A program made the position numbers and the translations under genes. From NCBI GenBank assembly GCA_038087875.1, contig CM075991.1:13704001-13768000 (forward strand): a stretch of DNA of 64,000 bases, written 5' to 3'. This stretch comes from Malacoraja senta (taxonomy: Eukaryota). The notes under the pieces were generated by a model. That model was not told the origin of the DNA and did no database searches. It saw only the letters and a program-made list of their open reading frames with translations. Each line of letters opens with the position of its first letter. Positions within the stretch are counted from its first letter, which is position 1. Of this stretch, positions 9,302 through 21,404 are shown piece after piece.

Positions 9302-11055
9302 TCTCTGATCATGGCTCGGGCTGTGGGTTCTGTCCAGTGGATGTGGTCTACGTTTACTTTAAACTGGCTGGTGGGGATAGTGGGAATGTGTTTCTGGGTC
9401 TGTATGTAGTCATTAAGCTTTCTGAGTGTGACCTGCTCTGGTGCTGGGAGAGACTGGCTGAAGTTGATCATAGGGACCCATATGCTGGCATTAGGGAATT
9501 TACGACTGGCCATCTTGATTAGTGTTTGGAGTTGTTTGATGGCAGTCTGTGGTCTTTGTTCCTTATTGTTAATGCCAAACGAGAGAATGACTTTTTGAGT
9601 TTCTGGGCATTGGATCAATTTGTCAAGGATGGAAGTGCCATGTATGCATTTGGCTCCTGGATAGCTGTCCAATTGTATGTTGTTGTTGTTGGAGAATTTG
9701 GGGATCCTGGCAATGTTGGAATCTCCAATTATTAAAACAGGCTTGCTGGGTTGTAGTTTCCAGGTAACATTTTTCTGACATGTGTGTGGGTGTTTAGTTA
9801 CTTCAGCCAGTCTCTTCCCTGGACCCCTCTGTGTGTGCTGCTGAAAGTCGTCCTGAGAGTTACTGACTGTGTCTGTAGTCGGGGCCCTCTGGTGCTGTGT
9901 GCAGGCCCTACGTGCTGGTCTAACCCTCGGTGCTGGGACCCCCTGTGTTAGAGTGGAAAGGGTTGGTGTGAGGGAAGGGGTAGCAGTACCGGACCTGTTT
10001 CCCTGTGGTACCGCGGTCGTGACCTCCTTTCCGGTTGTCTCCGTGGTCGGTTCGGTCTCCCCCCTGGAGGGTCTGCGCTCGGCCCGTGGTCTCCGGGGGA
10101 GAGGGCCGTGGGATTCGTGGCGTGAGGAGATGCTCCGGTAGATAAGGGCGGATGTGCTGGGGGAATCGGAGCGCGTGGGCCGTGTCCAGTCATCCGACCA
10201 GGTCTCGGTCTCGGACCGGAAGTGGGCCTGGGGCTCGTGTACCGGGGGGACCGGCTGGGCCGGCTGCTGCGGTCGCAACACCACGATCTGGGGGCTGTTG
10301 GGGGGGGTTATGTCGGGGCTGGCGGGAGCGGAGCCGTGGGCGGCGCGGCCGCGGGGAGCGGGGCCGCGGGGAGCGGAGCGGGACGCGCTCTGGACGGGGT
10401 CGGGACGGGTGGTGACCCAAGCGGTGCGTGGCCGCTCGATCTGGCTTTCCTGTGAAATAGTAAACAAGTCTTGCGGGATATTTACTGCCACATTCGACGT
10501 TACAGCCGCTGGCCTACGGGGCTGGGCCTCCCGTAGGCTGCTGCGCTGTTCAGGCCCAGTCTCTGAGGTCAGGTTCAAAACTCGATGTCTGAGGTCCTCC
10601 AATCTGATTTTAAATTTATCTCCCAAATTTCTCTTGTTCCAGATTAGGGCCTTGGCGACCGCTTCCTGTACACGATCCGTAGGTTGGCCCTCACGGTATT
10701 CATCCTCAAGATGCTCCAGACTATTTTGGTAATGTTCAATCAAAATTTGTCGTGTTTGTTTAGCCCAGGTTTCAGCATTAGAAGCTAATTTTTTTAATGT
10801 TTCCTGGGTGGGATTTGCTGGTTTTACAAAGTATGTTAATATCTTGGCCTGCCTCGTGATACCCTTAGGGGGTACGTTCCGTTCCTTTAGAACTCCTAGA
10901 TGGTGTAAAGCCTGGGCCATTTTATAAATAACTCTAACAGCAACTGCAAAGGAATCCCTCTGTCTAGATTGATTCCTGTGCTGGTTGCGATTCACCCCAT
11001 TACTGTTGTTAAACAATCCCCTTCTCCCCCCTTCCCTCTGCATGCCAGAACTCAT
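9277..11055 (-). CDS. PLE ORF1, 592 aa: helical N-terminus, Pro/Arg/Thr-rich linker, C-terminal SGNH/GDSL esterase
   Basis: Uninterrupted ORF with SGNH blocks VLIIGDSN, SYPGA, ILSFGINN and VDHIHW. Confidence 0.9.
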   Translation of the reverse strand: MSSGMQREGGRRGLFNNSNGVNRNQHRNQSRQRDSFAVAVRVIYKMAQALHHLGVLKERNVPPKGITRQAKILTYFVKPANPTQETLKKLASNAETWAKQTRQILIEHYQNSLEHLEDEYREGQPTDRVQEAVAKALIWNKRNLGDKFKIRLEDLRHRVLNLTSETGPEQRSSLREAQPRRPAAVTSNVAVNIPQDLFTISQESQIERPRTAWVTTRPDPVQSASRSAPRGPAPRGRAAHGSAPASPDITPPNSPQIVVLRPQQPAQPVPPVHEPQAHFRSETETWSDDWTRPTRSDSPSTSALIYRSISSRHESHGPLPRRPRAERRPSRGETEPTTETTGKEVTTAVPQGNRSGTATPSLTPTLSTLTQGVPAPRVRPARRACTQHQRAPTTDTVSNSQDDFQQHTQRGPGKRLAEVTKHPHTCQKNVTWKLQPSKPVLIIGDSNIARIPKFSNNNNIQLDSYPGAKCIHGTSILDKLIQCPETQKVILSFGINNKEQRPQTAIKQLQTLIKMASRKFPNASIWVPMINFSQSLPAPEQVTLRKLNDYIQTQKHIPTIPTSQFKVNVDHIHWTEPTARAMIREWMKHLNC

Positions 11056-11192
11056 TTCTGGCCTAGTCGATTATGCTGTAATGCTAATACAGACAAATCG
11101 AAGTATCAATTATCTCTAGCGTCGTAGGGTTAACACCAAGGTGCTCACCAATTCTTTGGTTATTTGCCAGCTCGCGGAGACCGCTTGCCGAA

Positions 11193-11255
11193 CTCTTCCC
11201 GACTGGGCAACGATTTTCCAGTTTCGCTATCACTGTAGCTTCGTCAGGGAAAGAG
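11193..11255 (-). ncRNA. Type I hammerhead ribozyme (copy 2)
   Basis: Identical to 5046-5108. Predicted cleavage is 145 nt upstream of the ORF1 ATG. Confidence 0.93.
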
Positions 11256-11594
11256 ATCTAGTCCTAGCCGGTTAGGGTTTTTAAAGGGTAGGTTGATGCT
11301 CCTCCCTTTCTGGGTGGAGCTTGCCATGTGTTGGGTCCTAGGACCGGTCACTTTGGTTGGGCACACCCTGTTTCTTGTTTGGACTGGTTAGCCCTCTTCC
11401 TTTGTTGTGTTAGTTACCACATGTCTCTGGTATCTTGTATCCTTTATTGCTAATGTTTTCAGCCTCTGTTGATCAATAAATGTGCAAAAATCTCTTGTCC
11501 ACTATTATGTTCTGCAAGTCTTTAAGTTGTGTCTGTGCTCTGCCAACATGTTTCTAGTCTGTGTGACGCCAAAGGCTCTTCTGGGTAGGGGATC

Positions 11595-11794
11595 NNNNNN
11601 NNNNNNNNNNNNNNNNNNNNNNNNNNNNNNNNNNNNNNNNNNNNNNNNNNNNNNNNNNNNNNNNNNNNNNNNNNNNNNNNNNNNNNNNNNNNNNNNNNNN
11701 NNNNNNNNNNNNNNNNNNNNNNNNNNNNNNNNNNNNNNNNNNNNNNNNNNNNNNNNNNNNNNNNNNNNNNNNNNNNNNNNNNNNNNNNNNNNNN
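11595..11794. other. Assembly/scaffold gap (200 N)
   Basis: Run of exactly 200 N. Confidence 0.99.
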
Positions 11795-12516
11795 TCTCCG
11801 CTCTCCCCTCCCATCCGTATCCGAGATCTGGCCGCCATTGCTGGTCCGGTTGCCGCCTCGCACGCGACCGCTGGAAAACCAACGCAGAATCACTCCCTGA
11901 CCCTGGAGCTGGAGTAACTCCCTGGAATAACTCTTGCTTCTAGTTTCCTGGTCCTCCATAAATATTCTAAATGGAATTTAAACTGGAGGGCTGAACAATA
12001 ACAGCCTATTGCATTTTATCTGTTTATTTATTGTGTATATATATGGTATATGGTATATAAACACACTGAACTTTTATCTCCTGTTCTGTATTATGTTTAC
12101 ATATCCTGTGAGACATGACAATAAAACTCTCTTGACTCTTGACTTGGACTTAAGCAAAAAAGGGTTCTTGGGGAAAAATGAGGTACCTTAAATTTAGTTG
12201 CATCTGGTTGGGTAACTATGGTAGGGTGAAGACTATTCCATGCTTTAATTGTGCGGGGGAACTCCATGGAGCAGGCAGCAACTCTGGATAGAAGAAATTG
12301 AGTGACGTTTCGGGTAGAGACCCTTCTTTAGACTCCCTCTGGTCTATCCCACACATTAGCATCAAGGGTGTTTTATTCTCTCACTTTCCAGTTAGAACAA
12401 TGAAATCCTTACTTGCAGCAGCACAACAGAATATGTAAACATAGTACTCTGTAAACAATGTTATAAACGAGGAAACAAAACGGTGTATATTTATATATGA
12501 ATATATAACTATACAA

Positions 12517-12518
<2 letters not shown>

Positions 12519-12586
<68 letters not shown>

Positions 12587-12610
12587 ATATATATATATAT
12601 ATTATATATG

Positions 12611-12660
<50 letters not shown>
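12519..12660. repeat. (GT)n/(TA)n microsatellite
   Basis: Read directly. Confidence 0.97.
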
Positions 12661-12662
<2 letters not shown>

Positions 12663-13380
12663 CCCACAAACACACAATTTCCCTCCTGGGATTAACAAAG
12701 TTCTATCGTATAGTATTCTGTGCGTAGGAAGGAACTGCAGATGGTGGTTTAAACTAAAGATGGACACAAAAAGCAGGAGTAACTCAACAGGTCAGACAGA
12801 ATCTCTGGACAAAAGGAAAATATTACGTTTTGGGTTTGGTCTGAAATAGGTTCCTGCACACCTTTGGAATGTGGAGGGAAATAAGAGCACCCGGAGAAAA
12901 CCCATGCGATCAAAGAGAAAAGGAGCAAACTCTATACAGACAGCACCCATATTCAGGATCAATTCCGGGTCTCTGGCACTTTTAGGCAGCAACTTTATGG
13001 CCAATGTACTGCCCCATAGTCTTGAACTTAATTAAAACATACAGTAGCTGTAAGGGGGACATAGCGTCACTTGGAGATTTAAAACTGAAAATGAATATTT
13101 TCATTTTTTTTAGTAACCAAAGTTATCAACGTATAATTTTGTGTGTGTGGAAAACAAAATATAGTGGCACAGCTGGTAGAGTTGCTGCCTCACACGCCAG
13201 AGATCTGTGTCCTCGGGCACTGTATGTGTTGAATTTGTACATTCTCCCTGCAAGCGTGTGGGCTTCCTCCCACATCCCAAAGACGCATTGGCTTTGTAGG
13301 TTAACTTGTCTCTGTAATATTGCCCCAAATGTGTAGGGAGTGGGTGAGGAAAGTGGGATAACAGAACTTATGTGAATGGG

Positions 13381-14550
13381 TAGACAAAAATGCTGGAGAA
13401 ACTCAGCGAGTGAGGCAGCATCTATGGAGCGAAGGAAATAGGCGACGTTTCAGGTCGAGACCCTTCTTCAGACTGATGTGAGGGTGGGGGGGACGGGAGG
13501 AAGAAAGGAAGAGGCGGAGACAGTGGGCTGAGGGAGAGCTGTGAAAGGGAGGAGAAAGCAGGGATTACCAGAAATTGAAGAAGTCAATGTTCATACCGCT
13601 GGGGTGTAAACTGCCCAAGCAAAATATGAGGTGCTGCTCCTCCAATTTACGGTGGGCCTCACACTGGCCATGCAAAAGGCCCAGGACAGAAAGGTCGGTT
13701 TTCAGAATGGGAGGGGGAGTTGAAGTGCTGAGCCACGGGGAGATCAGCTTGGTTATTGCAGACCGAGCGGAGTTGTTGGGCGAAGCGATCGCCAAGCCTA
13801 CAATTGGTCTCACCGATATAGAGCAGCTGACACCTAGAGCAGTGGATGCAATAGATGAGGTTGGAGGAGGTGCAGGTGAACCTCTGCCACACCTGGACAG
13901 ACTGCTTGGGTCCTTGAAAGGAGTCAAGGGCGGAGGTAAAGCGACAAGTGTAGCATTTCCTGCGGTTGCAAGGGAAAGTGCCAGGAGAGGCGGTGGTTTG
14001 GGTGGGAAGGGACGAATTGACCAGGGAGTTACGGAGGGAGCGGTCTCTGTGGAAAGCCAACGGGGGAGGAGATGAGAAGATGAGGCCAGTGGTGGCATCC
14101 CATTGGTAGACAAAAAAGCTGGAGAAAATCAGCGGGTAAGGCAGCATCTATGGTGCGAAGGAATAGATGACGTTTCGCGTCGAGACCCATCTTCAGATTG
14201 ATGTCGGGGGGTGGGGGGGGGGCACACGAAAAAGAAAGTAAGAGGCAGAGACAGTAGGCTGTGGGAGAGCTGGGAATTGGAGGGGAAGGAGGGATAAAGC
14301 AAGGACTATCTGAAATTAGAGAAGCCAATGTTCATACCGCTGGGGTGTAAACTACCCAAGCAAATATCTGCTCCTCCAATGTGTGGTGGGCCTCACTCTG
14401 GCCATGGAGGAGGCCCTGGACAGCAAGATCGGATTCAGAATGGGAAGGGGAGTTGAAGTGTTGTGCCACCGGGACATCAGGTTGGTTATTGCGAACTGAG
14501 TGGAGGTGTGTGCGAAGCGATCGCCAAGCCTGCGCTTGGACTCACCGAGG
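13381..14550 (-). mobile_element. Two tandem 3' fragments of a dispersed Penelope-like element (GIY-YIG end plus terminal repeat with minimal hammerhead)
   Basis: CTSSNLIYCIHCSRCQLLYIGET and KLEEQHLIFCLGSLHPSGMNIDF. CTGAAGAAGGGTCTCGACCTGAAACGTC on - at ~13444-13471. Confidence 0.85.
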
Positions 14551-15451
14551 TTGATCATACGCTGAATAATCCAAGCACATTATTGTTTGGAAATGCAAAG
14601 AAATAATAGAAATTGTATTCATTGCAATGTGTAAAAAGAGTTGAGATACTGTATATAATTTTGCTGCATGTCATTGTGGTATATATCATGTCTTGTTTGG
14701 TGAATATGTTTGGTTTGTGACTTTATTTGAAGGAGAAATAATATGTGAATGCTTCATTGAGCATAATTCCGACTGGTAAGTACGCACTTCGTCCGAGCAC
14801 ATTATCGCACTCGTCATGCAAGCTGTCTTAAATGACCACCTAAACTCTCATTTGGCAACTTAAAAAGCGGCTAAGGTTGCCCGGCTGACAACAGAGAAAA
14901 TAAATTAAGTGAGAGCCCTGCAAGGTGTATATATTTTTGACACTGTCATAGGCCTTTCTTACATATGCTGTCACAACGCACTGTAGTCTCTAAACAACCC
15001 TTCAGTAATTTTCCTTGCCCTCCATTTCAGAATAATAGTGTTTTAAGCCAATAACTCGAAACTAGCACTGGCAATAAATTAAAAAATAAATAAAAAGCGC
15101 AGCTTTCCAGCCCCTTATCTCATTGGCCACGCTCGGCTGCAAATCGGTGTCAATCTGGTGGACCATCTTCCTCTAGTCGTGGGGGGGGGGGGGGGTTGGG
15201 AGGGGCCTCACAGGTGGAACAGCTTAGCGCCTCTCTTCACCTAAATCCGGCCCAGGGTCTGGTGCCAAAAACATTCCACCGACATTGAATAAACAGGGCG
15301 GGGGGAGGGAGGTAGAGAAACATAACATCGGTGGGGACCAGACTGTAACCCTGGTGATCATACCGCCATGTTTGAGTTCCACCCCCATAGAATCATCTTT
15401 AGATTATTCTTACAGTTGTTTCTAATACTACCGTGCTTCATATTTTCTCAG

Positions 15452-15763
15452 ATCCCATAGTGCCACGATTGGTATCCAAAGATGACCAGTGCTCGGGAAG
15501 ACTTGAGATGCGATATGGTGAAACCTGGGGAACCGTGTGCGACCTGCACTGGGATATGGATGATGCCAACGTGGTGTGCAATGCGCTTCAATGCGGAGCC
15601 GCTCTATCTGTGGTGGGAGGGGCTTATTTCGGAGAGGGAACTGGGATTGTGCGGAATGATGTCTTTGGATGTCAGGGTAATGAGTCAAGCCTTTGGCACT
15701 GCCCCCATTCTTCAGGAACTCGTCATTGCAACCACGGGAATGATGTCGGTGTGATCTGTTCTG
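15452..15763 (+). CDS. WC1/CD163-like SRCR receptor, SRCR exon 1 of 6 visible
   Basis: ag|AT CCC...TCT G|gtgag, phase 1-1. RLV...CSGRLEM..WGTVCD..W.....VVC..LQCG. Confidence 0.9.
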
Positions 15764-16935
15764 GTGAGTGCCGCCTTTGGGGGAAATATTTTTAACCTCG
15801 ATTGCACTTGGGAGACAAAGATCAGTTGTTGCCATTTATTTTTAAAATGGCTTATAAAAATGCTTCAATACAATTCAGTGCCATGTCATTTTGATGTGAT
15901 AAGTTTCTCAATATGGAGTGAGGAAGGGGAAATTAAGAATACCTACTTTAGGTGACTTCCATGCGCGGAAAGAGCAATCCGCCAGCAAATCCGGACAGAT
16001 CTGCCCATTGATAAAAATGAATGTAGAACAATTCAAGTTGATTGTGAACAAAAGTACCCTGCATAGAATCTCAGTGTTGTGAGTGGAGAGTTTGGTGTTA
16101 AAAGAGCAGCCATGACCGGCTGTAGAGGTGAGGGAGTCGCACACAAACGTACTGACGATGATGCTGGCGACGAGGACATTACTGACGATGAAACTCTGTA
16201 CAACACATAGAAAGGGATGCAAGAACGATGCATGAGGATAAAACATCGGATTTATCCTGAGATTTCTTAACTTGGTTCGGAATGAATTTGGTCATGCAGC
16301 ATTTTTATAAAAACTGAAGGGGTTCGGAATGGAAACGTCGCCTATCAATTCCTCCATAGATGCTGCTCGACCCGCGTAATTATTCCAACACTTTGATTTT
16401 TGCACTGGGTCAAGTGTGGGTTTTTACAATTCTTGAGAGAAGATGTTCTTGCCTCCTGTATAACGTTATGTCTCAACCAAAGGCCGTCATGGTAGTGAAA
16501 CATCCGAAGCCATCAGTATTCCAGACGGGATCTCAACCTACTTCATCGAAACAAGGAACTGCAGATGCTGTTTTTTGTTAAGACACAAAGTGCTGGAGTA
16601 ACTCCACGGGGTTGGCAGCATCCCCGAAGAACATGGATAGGTTAAATTTCAGGCCGGGACCCTTCTTCAGACTGTTTATGGGGTGGGAGGGAGCAGGGGG
16701 TAGTGGGTGGGAATTCTTTGGGTCTCTGATCGAGGAAAATCCGGAGAGCCTTGAGACCTTCCTGGTGAGGGAGATGTGAAGGGACCTGACCTGCACGGTA
16801 AAGATAGGACATAAGACATTTATTGTCACATACACCAGTTGGTGTAGTGAAATTTGAGTTGCCATTGCAGCACACAAATAAGTTAAACATAACACTATGG
16901 AATTTAACATTAAACATAAAAAACACCCCCCCACA

Positions 16936-17330
16936 GGGGATCTCATTGAAACATATAAGATTGTTAAGGGTTTGGACACGCTAGAGGCAGGAAACGTGTT
17001 CCCGATGTTGGGGGAGTCCAGAACCAGGGGCTACAGTTTAAGAATAAGGATTAAGCAATTTAGAACGGAGACGAGGAAACACTTTTTCAAACAGAGAGTG
17101 GTGAGTCTGTGGAATTCTCTGCCTCAGAGGGGGGTGGAGGCAGGTTCTCTGGATGCTTTCAAGAGAGAGCTAGATAGGGCTCTTAAAAACAGCGGAGTGA
17201 GGGGAAATGGGGAGAAGGCAGGAACGGGGTACTGATTGGGGATGATCAGCCATGATCACATTGAATGGCGGTGCTGGCTCGAAGGGCCGAATGGTGTACT
17301 CTTGCACCTATTGTCTATTGTCTATTGACT
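16936..17330 (+). mobile_element. CR1/HER1-like LINE 3' fragment
   Basis: GDLIETYKIVKG...RTRG...FFKQRVVSLWNSLP, with a (CTATTGT)n tail. Confidence 0.88.
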
Positions 17331-17547
17331 ATTGTATCTCTTGTGTTGTAAACTGATGATCCCGTCACACTGATGTACAAAAAACGTTGTGGCATTATAC
17401 TATTCAATATTATATTATTGAAATATCACTGCACACTCACACTTGGAAGGCAGCTATGTCAGAAAGTGAAAACAGTAAACAAATCTTCCAATTTCACTGT
17501 ACCTTTAACGTAATTAACAGCCTTCACGTTTTGTTTTACTAAAACAG

Positions 17548-17862
17548 GGAACCATGGACCACGACTGGTGGGTGGGAAGAACAGATGTTCAGGCCGGGTG
17601 GAAGTTGTACACGGAGACAAGTGGGGGACAGTTTGTGATCAATACTTCAGCTTGGATGCTGCCGGCGTGGTCTGTGAACACCTACAGTGCGGGGCAGTGG
17701 CCGCAACTCCCGGAGGTGCTCACTTTGGCGAAGGAACCGGCCCCGTGTGGAAGGAAAACTACCGTTGTCTGGGGAACGAGTCCCGATTAGCTGATTGTCC
17801 AGTCTCAGCCTGGGATCAGATTAGCTGTTCGCACAGAAACGACGCCGGTCTCATCTGCTCAG
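17548..17862 (+). CDS. SRCR exon 2
   Basis: cag|GG AAC...TCA G|gtgag. RLVGGKNRCSGRVEV...WGTVCD. Confidence 0.92.
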
Positions 17863-18769
17863 GTGAGTCACCAAAGTCCTTAGTGCGGAAAAGTAGAGGT
17901 TCTCCGGTCGCAGAGATGTTCACAGGAGTGACTTTTCTTAACAATTTAATGAATCTGCCATATTGTGGCAACCATCTTTGTTTTATTTTCAGAGGGACGT
18001 CAGTTGTCTTTCATCTCTCCCCCACTGGTAGGTAGCTGGGTCATTTCAGTGCTATGACCTGTCGATAGACTGAACATGAGTGTGTAGTGCAGAATTCTGG
18101 AGTTTAGCAATAAATATCTTCCTATAAATGGACTAGAACGATGGCGATCTCTGCGATCGGATTCTAATTATCGACATGCCACTGAAATACACAGGCACTC
18201 ATTCTCTCCATAGATGCTGCCTGTTCCGCTGAGTTACTCCAGCATTCTGTGCCTATCTTCCGTGTAAACCAGCATCTGTAGTTCCTTCCTACATATAAAT
18301 AAATGATATTTGCCGCACCAATGTGTCATGGGTTTCACTTTGGATGCGCGATTAGACGCTTTGTGACCTTAAAGTGGGCGAGTAAGAGGAGAGACTGGCA
18401 CGGTTTCGCGGGTTTTCAATGTAGAATTAGAAACGGGAAATCCATTATTTAACGAGTTTTTTTTGACTCACTGAAAACCATTACTGATAGAGAACAAAAA
18501 TAAAGGAACACTTCCAAAAGACACCGCCCATTTTCTGGAAAAGCCACGCGCGAGTCTCGCCGAGCGTTTTGCATTCAGTTCTGATCAGTATATTAGCTAT
18601 TTGATGAATAGGTGACTATCGTTTACTGGTGTTTCTTCAATAGACTGTTGTTTTTCTTGTTGCTGGATCCGGCTCTCTATGTTGGACACATATATTACTC
18701 GGTGTGCTTTTCCGTGTACGCAGAGGAAAGTGACCGGTGCTGTTTATCTGCCGAGACGACATGTGGTTT

Positions 18770-19170
18770 CTTGGTTTCCTGGTTTCCTGGTCCTCCAAAA
18801 ATATTCCAAGTGGAATTTAAACCGGAGGTGGCGGAGGGTGGACTTCAGCAAAAAAGGGTTCTTGGAGAAAGAGCTACCTTAAATTTAGTTGCGTCTGGTT
18901 GGGTAACTATGGGAGGGTGAAGACTATTCCATGCTTTAATTGTGCCGGGGGAGAATGAATTGCTTTACACATTTGTCTTGGTAGCAGGTATCTCAAATTG
19001 GATCGAATGCCCTCGACTGCTCCTAATAGGTTTGGTAATCTATATCGAACTCAACATTTAACATTTTGTAAAAGCAGGTCAAACGGTGAGCTTTTCGTCT
19101 GTCTTGGAGAAGGTTCCATCCCAGTGAATTCAGAAGTTTGGTAATGTGGGCAAGATGTGGGCAACTGTGT
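18770..19170 (-). mobile_element. LINE (CR1/L2-group) 3' fragment; a related fragment lies at ~11935-12260, interrupted by a Rex1-like tail
   Basis: Minus strand encodes RGHS..F..P.....TIKAWNSLHP. Sequence is shared with 11935-11990 and 12146-12260. Confidence 0.65.
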
Positions 19171-19276
19171 CAGCAAACAACCCTTACAACTAGTAGCTGA
19201 CCAGCTACGTGTTGATAATGAATGGAATGTTTTGGCTTCAGTTTCAAAATTTCAGTCAACCTGTTTCGTTTTGTAG

Positions 19277-19591
19277 ATGAGAGTTGGTCTCTGAGGCTGA
19301 GCAATGGGGGCAGCCGCTGCGACGGCCGGGTGGAGGTTTACCACAATGGCAGCTGGGGGCGAGTACAGGATCGCTCCTGGGACATCAATGATTCCAACGT
19401 GGTCTGCAGAGAGTTGGGCTGCGGCTCCGCCATATTCGCCTACAATTCCTCAAGGTACGGAGAGAGTGAGCTGCCCGTGTGGGTGAACGACGTTCACTGT
19501 GAAGGGGACGAGGCGCAACTCCGAAATTGCAGCCCATTTACCATGAATCCGTTTCTCACTGACAGCATCGGCGTTGGGGTCCTGTGTTCAG
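19277..19591 (+). CDS. SRCR exon 3 (lacks Cys2/Cys7 pair)
   Basis: tag|AT GAG...TCA G|gtga. LRLSNGGSRCDGRVEV..GSWGRVQD. Confidence 0.92.
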
Positions 19592-20862
19592 GTGAATATT
19601 GTTACAAAGTTTGAAATAAAAAATGATAAACTTTGTGAAAGATTAATAATGAGAAGGAAGTTCGAGTTGTAGAGATATGTAGATCGGCATCTGGCTCTTG
19701 GGCTCATAATTCCCGCGCCAATAATCAAATCCCCTTTTACACGATGTCCATTGTGTTCTCCCGACAACTGCCACCCCCAGACTACAACTCACTTACACAC
19801 TGGGGACAATATACAATGGCAGGCGATGGTGAGGAGTGGAGCTTGTGAAGGAGAAGTCTACACAAGAAACGCCCTGGTGTGGTGTGGAACAACACCGGGG
19901 GCATTTCCGAGGGACAGCTCGTGGTTTTGCCGGGCTGGCTCCAGACGGGGATTTCGGGGCCTGCTTCCAATCAGCAATTCTAGGCGAGCGGGGTTTATCC
20001 GGGCGTCATCACCCCGTTCTCACCGAGTTCTCCTGACCCCCATTGTGAACGGACAGTCGGGCGCTTTGACAACAAGCCACAGCGCCATGTTGGTCGCTTC
20101 CCCACCGTCTGGTCCACCCCTTCGCCTGACAGCCCTGGCGGCTGAGCGCCCCCCAGTGGAGACATGAGGAGCCCATGGCCCAGACCCTGAAAACATCCGG
20201 TTTTATATGAATAATCTACAACCACCGAGTGACATGGGCGATGCTTGCCACTGTGAACCGAGTGTGGTCCTGAGGGCAGTTCCTCGAACCAAGAAGTCGG
20301 TCGCTAGGGTCACCCAGCTGGGATGGTCGTGATGTCCATGTATGTATCTCTGCAGGGTTTGAAGTCGGAGAGCCAGTCTGTGGGTTCAGACCGTAACCAA
20401 CACGCCGAGTCTTACAGCATTTTATGTTTCAACTTCTACTTTAGATTTCCTCTGAGCTAAATCTGAGCTAAATGTAAAATTCTTGTAAATATTATTGCTC
20501 AAGCAGATTCAGAAATTCTGACCAAGTGACAGACATAATGTGCAATGACATAGGGGACCCCCTGTTTTATCTTCTTCCCCTCAGTTATCGGGCTTATGAA
20601 CGGTCCTTCCATGAGCTGGGATACTGTACGATTCACCTCTACCCCATTGCGGACTTCGGACTTTGTTGATAGAACTGGTGCGCTAGATGCGGAAAAGTAT
20701 ATTCTGCACATTGTATTTTTCCGTGTATCTATCTATTGCAGTTTGACTTGCTTGTATTTATGTATAGTATCAATTGATCCGATTAGATTGGATGCAAAAG
20801 TTGATCATTGTACACAATAATAACCTAAACCTTTGATCAACTCCCCTGCTGTTATTCAACAG

Positions 20863-21177
20863 ACCACCGCCGATTACGACTGACCGGGGGTGGAAGTACA
20901 TGTGCTGGACGACTGGAGCTTTATTACCACGGGTCTTGGGGCACAGTTTGTAATGACTTATGGGATCTGCTTGATGATAACGTGGTCTGCAGGCAGCTGG
21001 GTTGTGGATATGCTTTGCAAGATAAACCTCTTGGATACTGTGGAGGAAGTCGTGGTCCTATTTGGTTGGATGAAGTAAGATGCTCGGGTAACGAATCATA
21101 TCTCTGGGAGTGTCCCTCCGCACCACTGGGTGAACACGATTGCAGTCATAAAGAAGATGTGACAGTGAAGTGTTCTG
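20863..21177 (+). CDS. SRCR exon 4
   Basis: cag|AC CAC...TCT G|gtaag. LRLTGGGSTCAGRLELYYHGSWGTVCND...GPIWLDEVRCSGNE. Confidence 0.92.
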
Positions 21178-21404
21178 GTAAGGGTATCTTCAATCTGCTG
21201 ATTCCCTGCAGCATGGGATGGGAGGATTCATTCCAGAGATGTAATAAATAATTTACAGCATCCAAAGGGAGCATTGACTGCGGGTAACGGTGCAGAGGCT
21301 TCACTCTGAGTAAGTTGTCACCCACTCAACATCAAACTCATTCCGCGCGCTGCTCTGTTGATTTCTCTATCAGCAGTTTCCTGGGTCCACGGAAGTTAGA
21401 ACAT

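Larger units (their letters stand above)
2058..11594 (-). mobile_element. Head-to-tail tandem array of a ~6.15-kb non-autonomous Penelope-like retroelement attached to telomeric repeats
   Basis: 2058-5447 is repeated almost exactly at 8207-11594 (offset 6147-6149). It carries PLE RT N-terminal motifs, a GIY-YIG C-terminal motif and a hammerhead ribozyme. Confidence 0.9.

Noticed and set aside
11482..11959. ORFs spanning the N run
   Set aside because: Artefacts of translating through the gap.
12381..12849. IYIY/THTH ORFs
   Set aside because: Microsatellite translation.
14570..14920. Possible hAT-like transposon end (CAGGGCTCTC on -)
   Set aside because: No matching second TIR or TSD found.
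19751..20350. GC-richer intronic segment with a 138-aa ORF
   Set aside because: No recognisable motif or splice-consistent exon; probably an unclassified repeat fragment.
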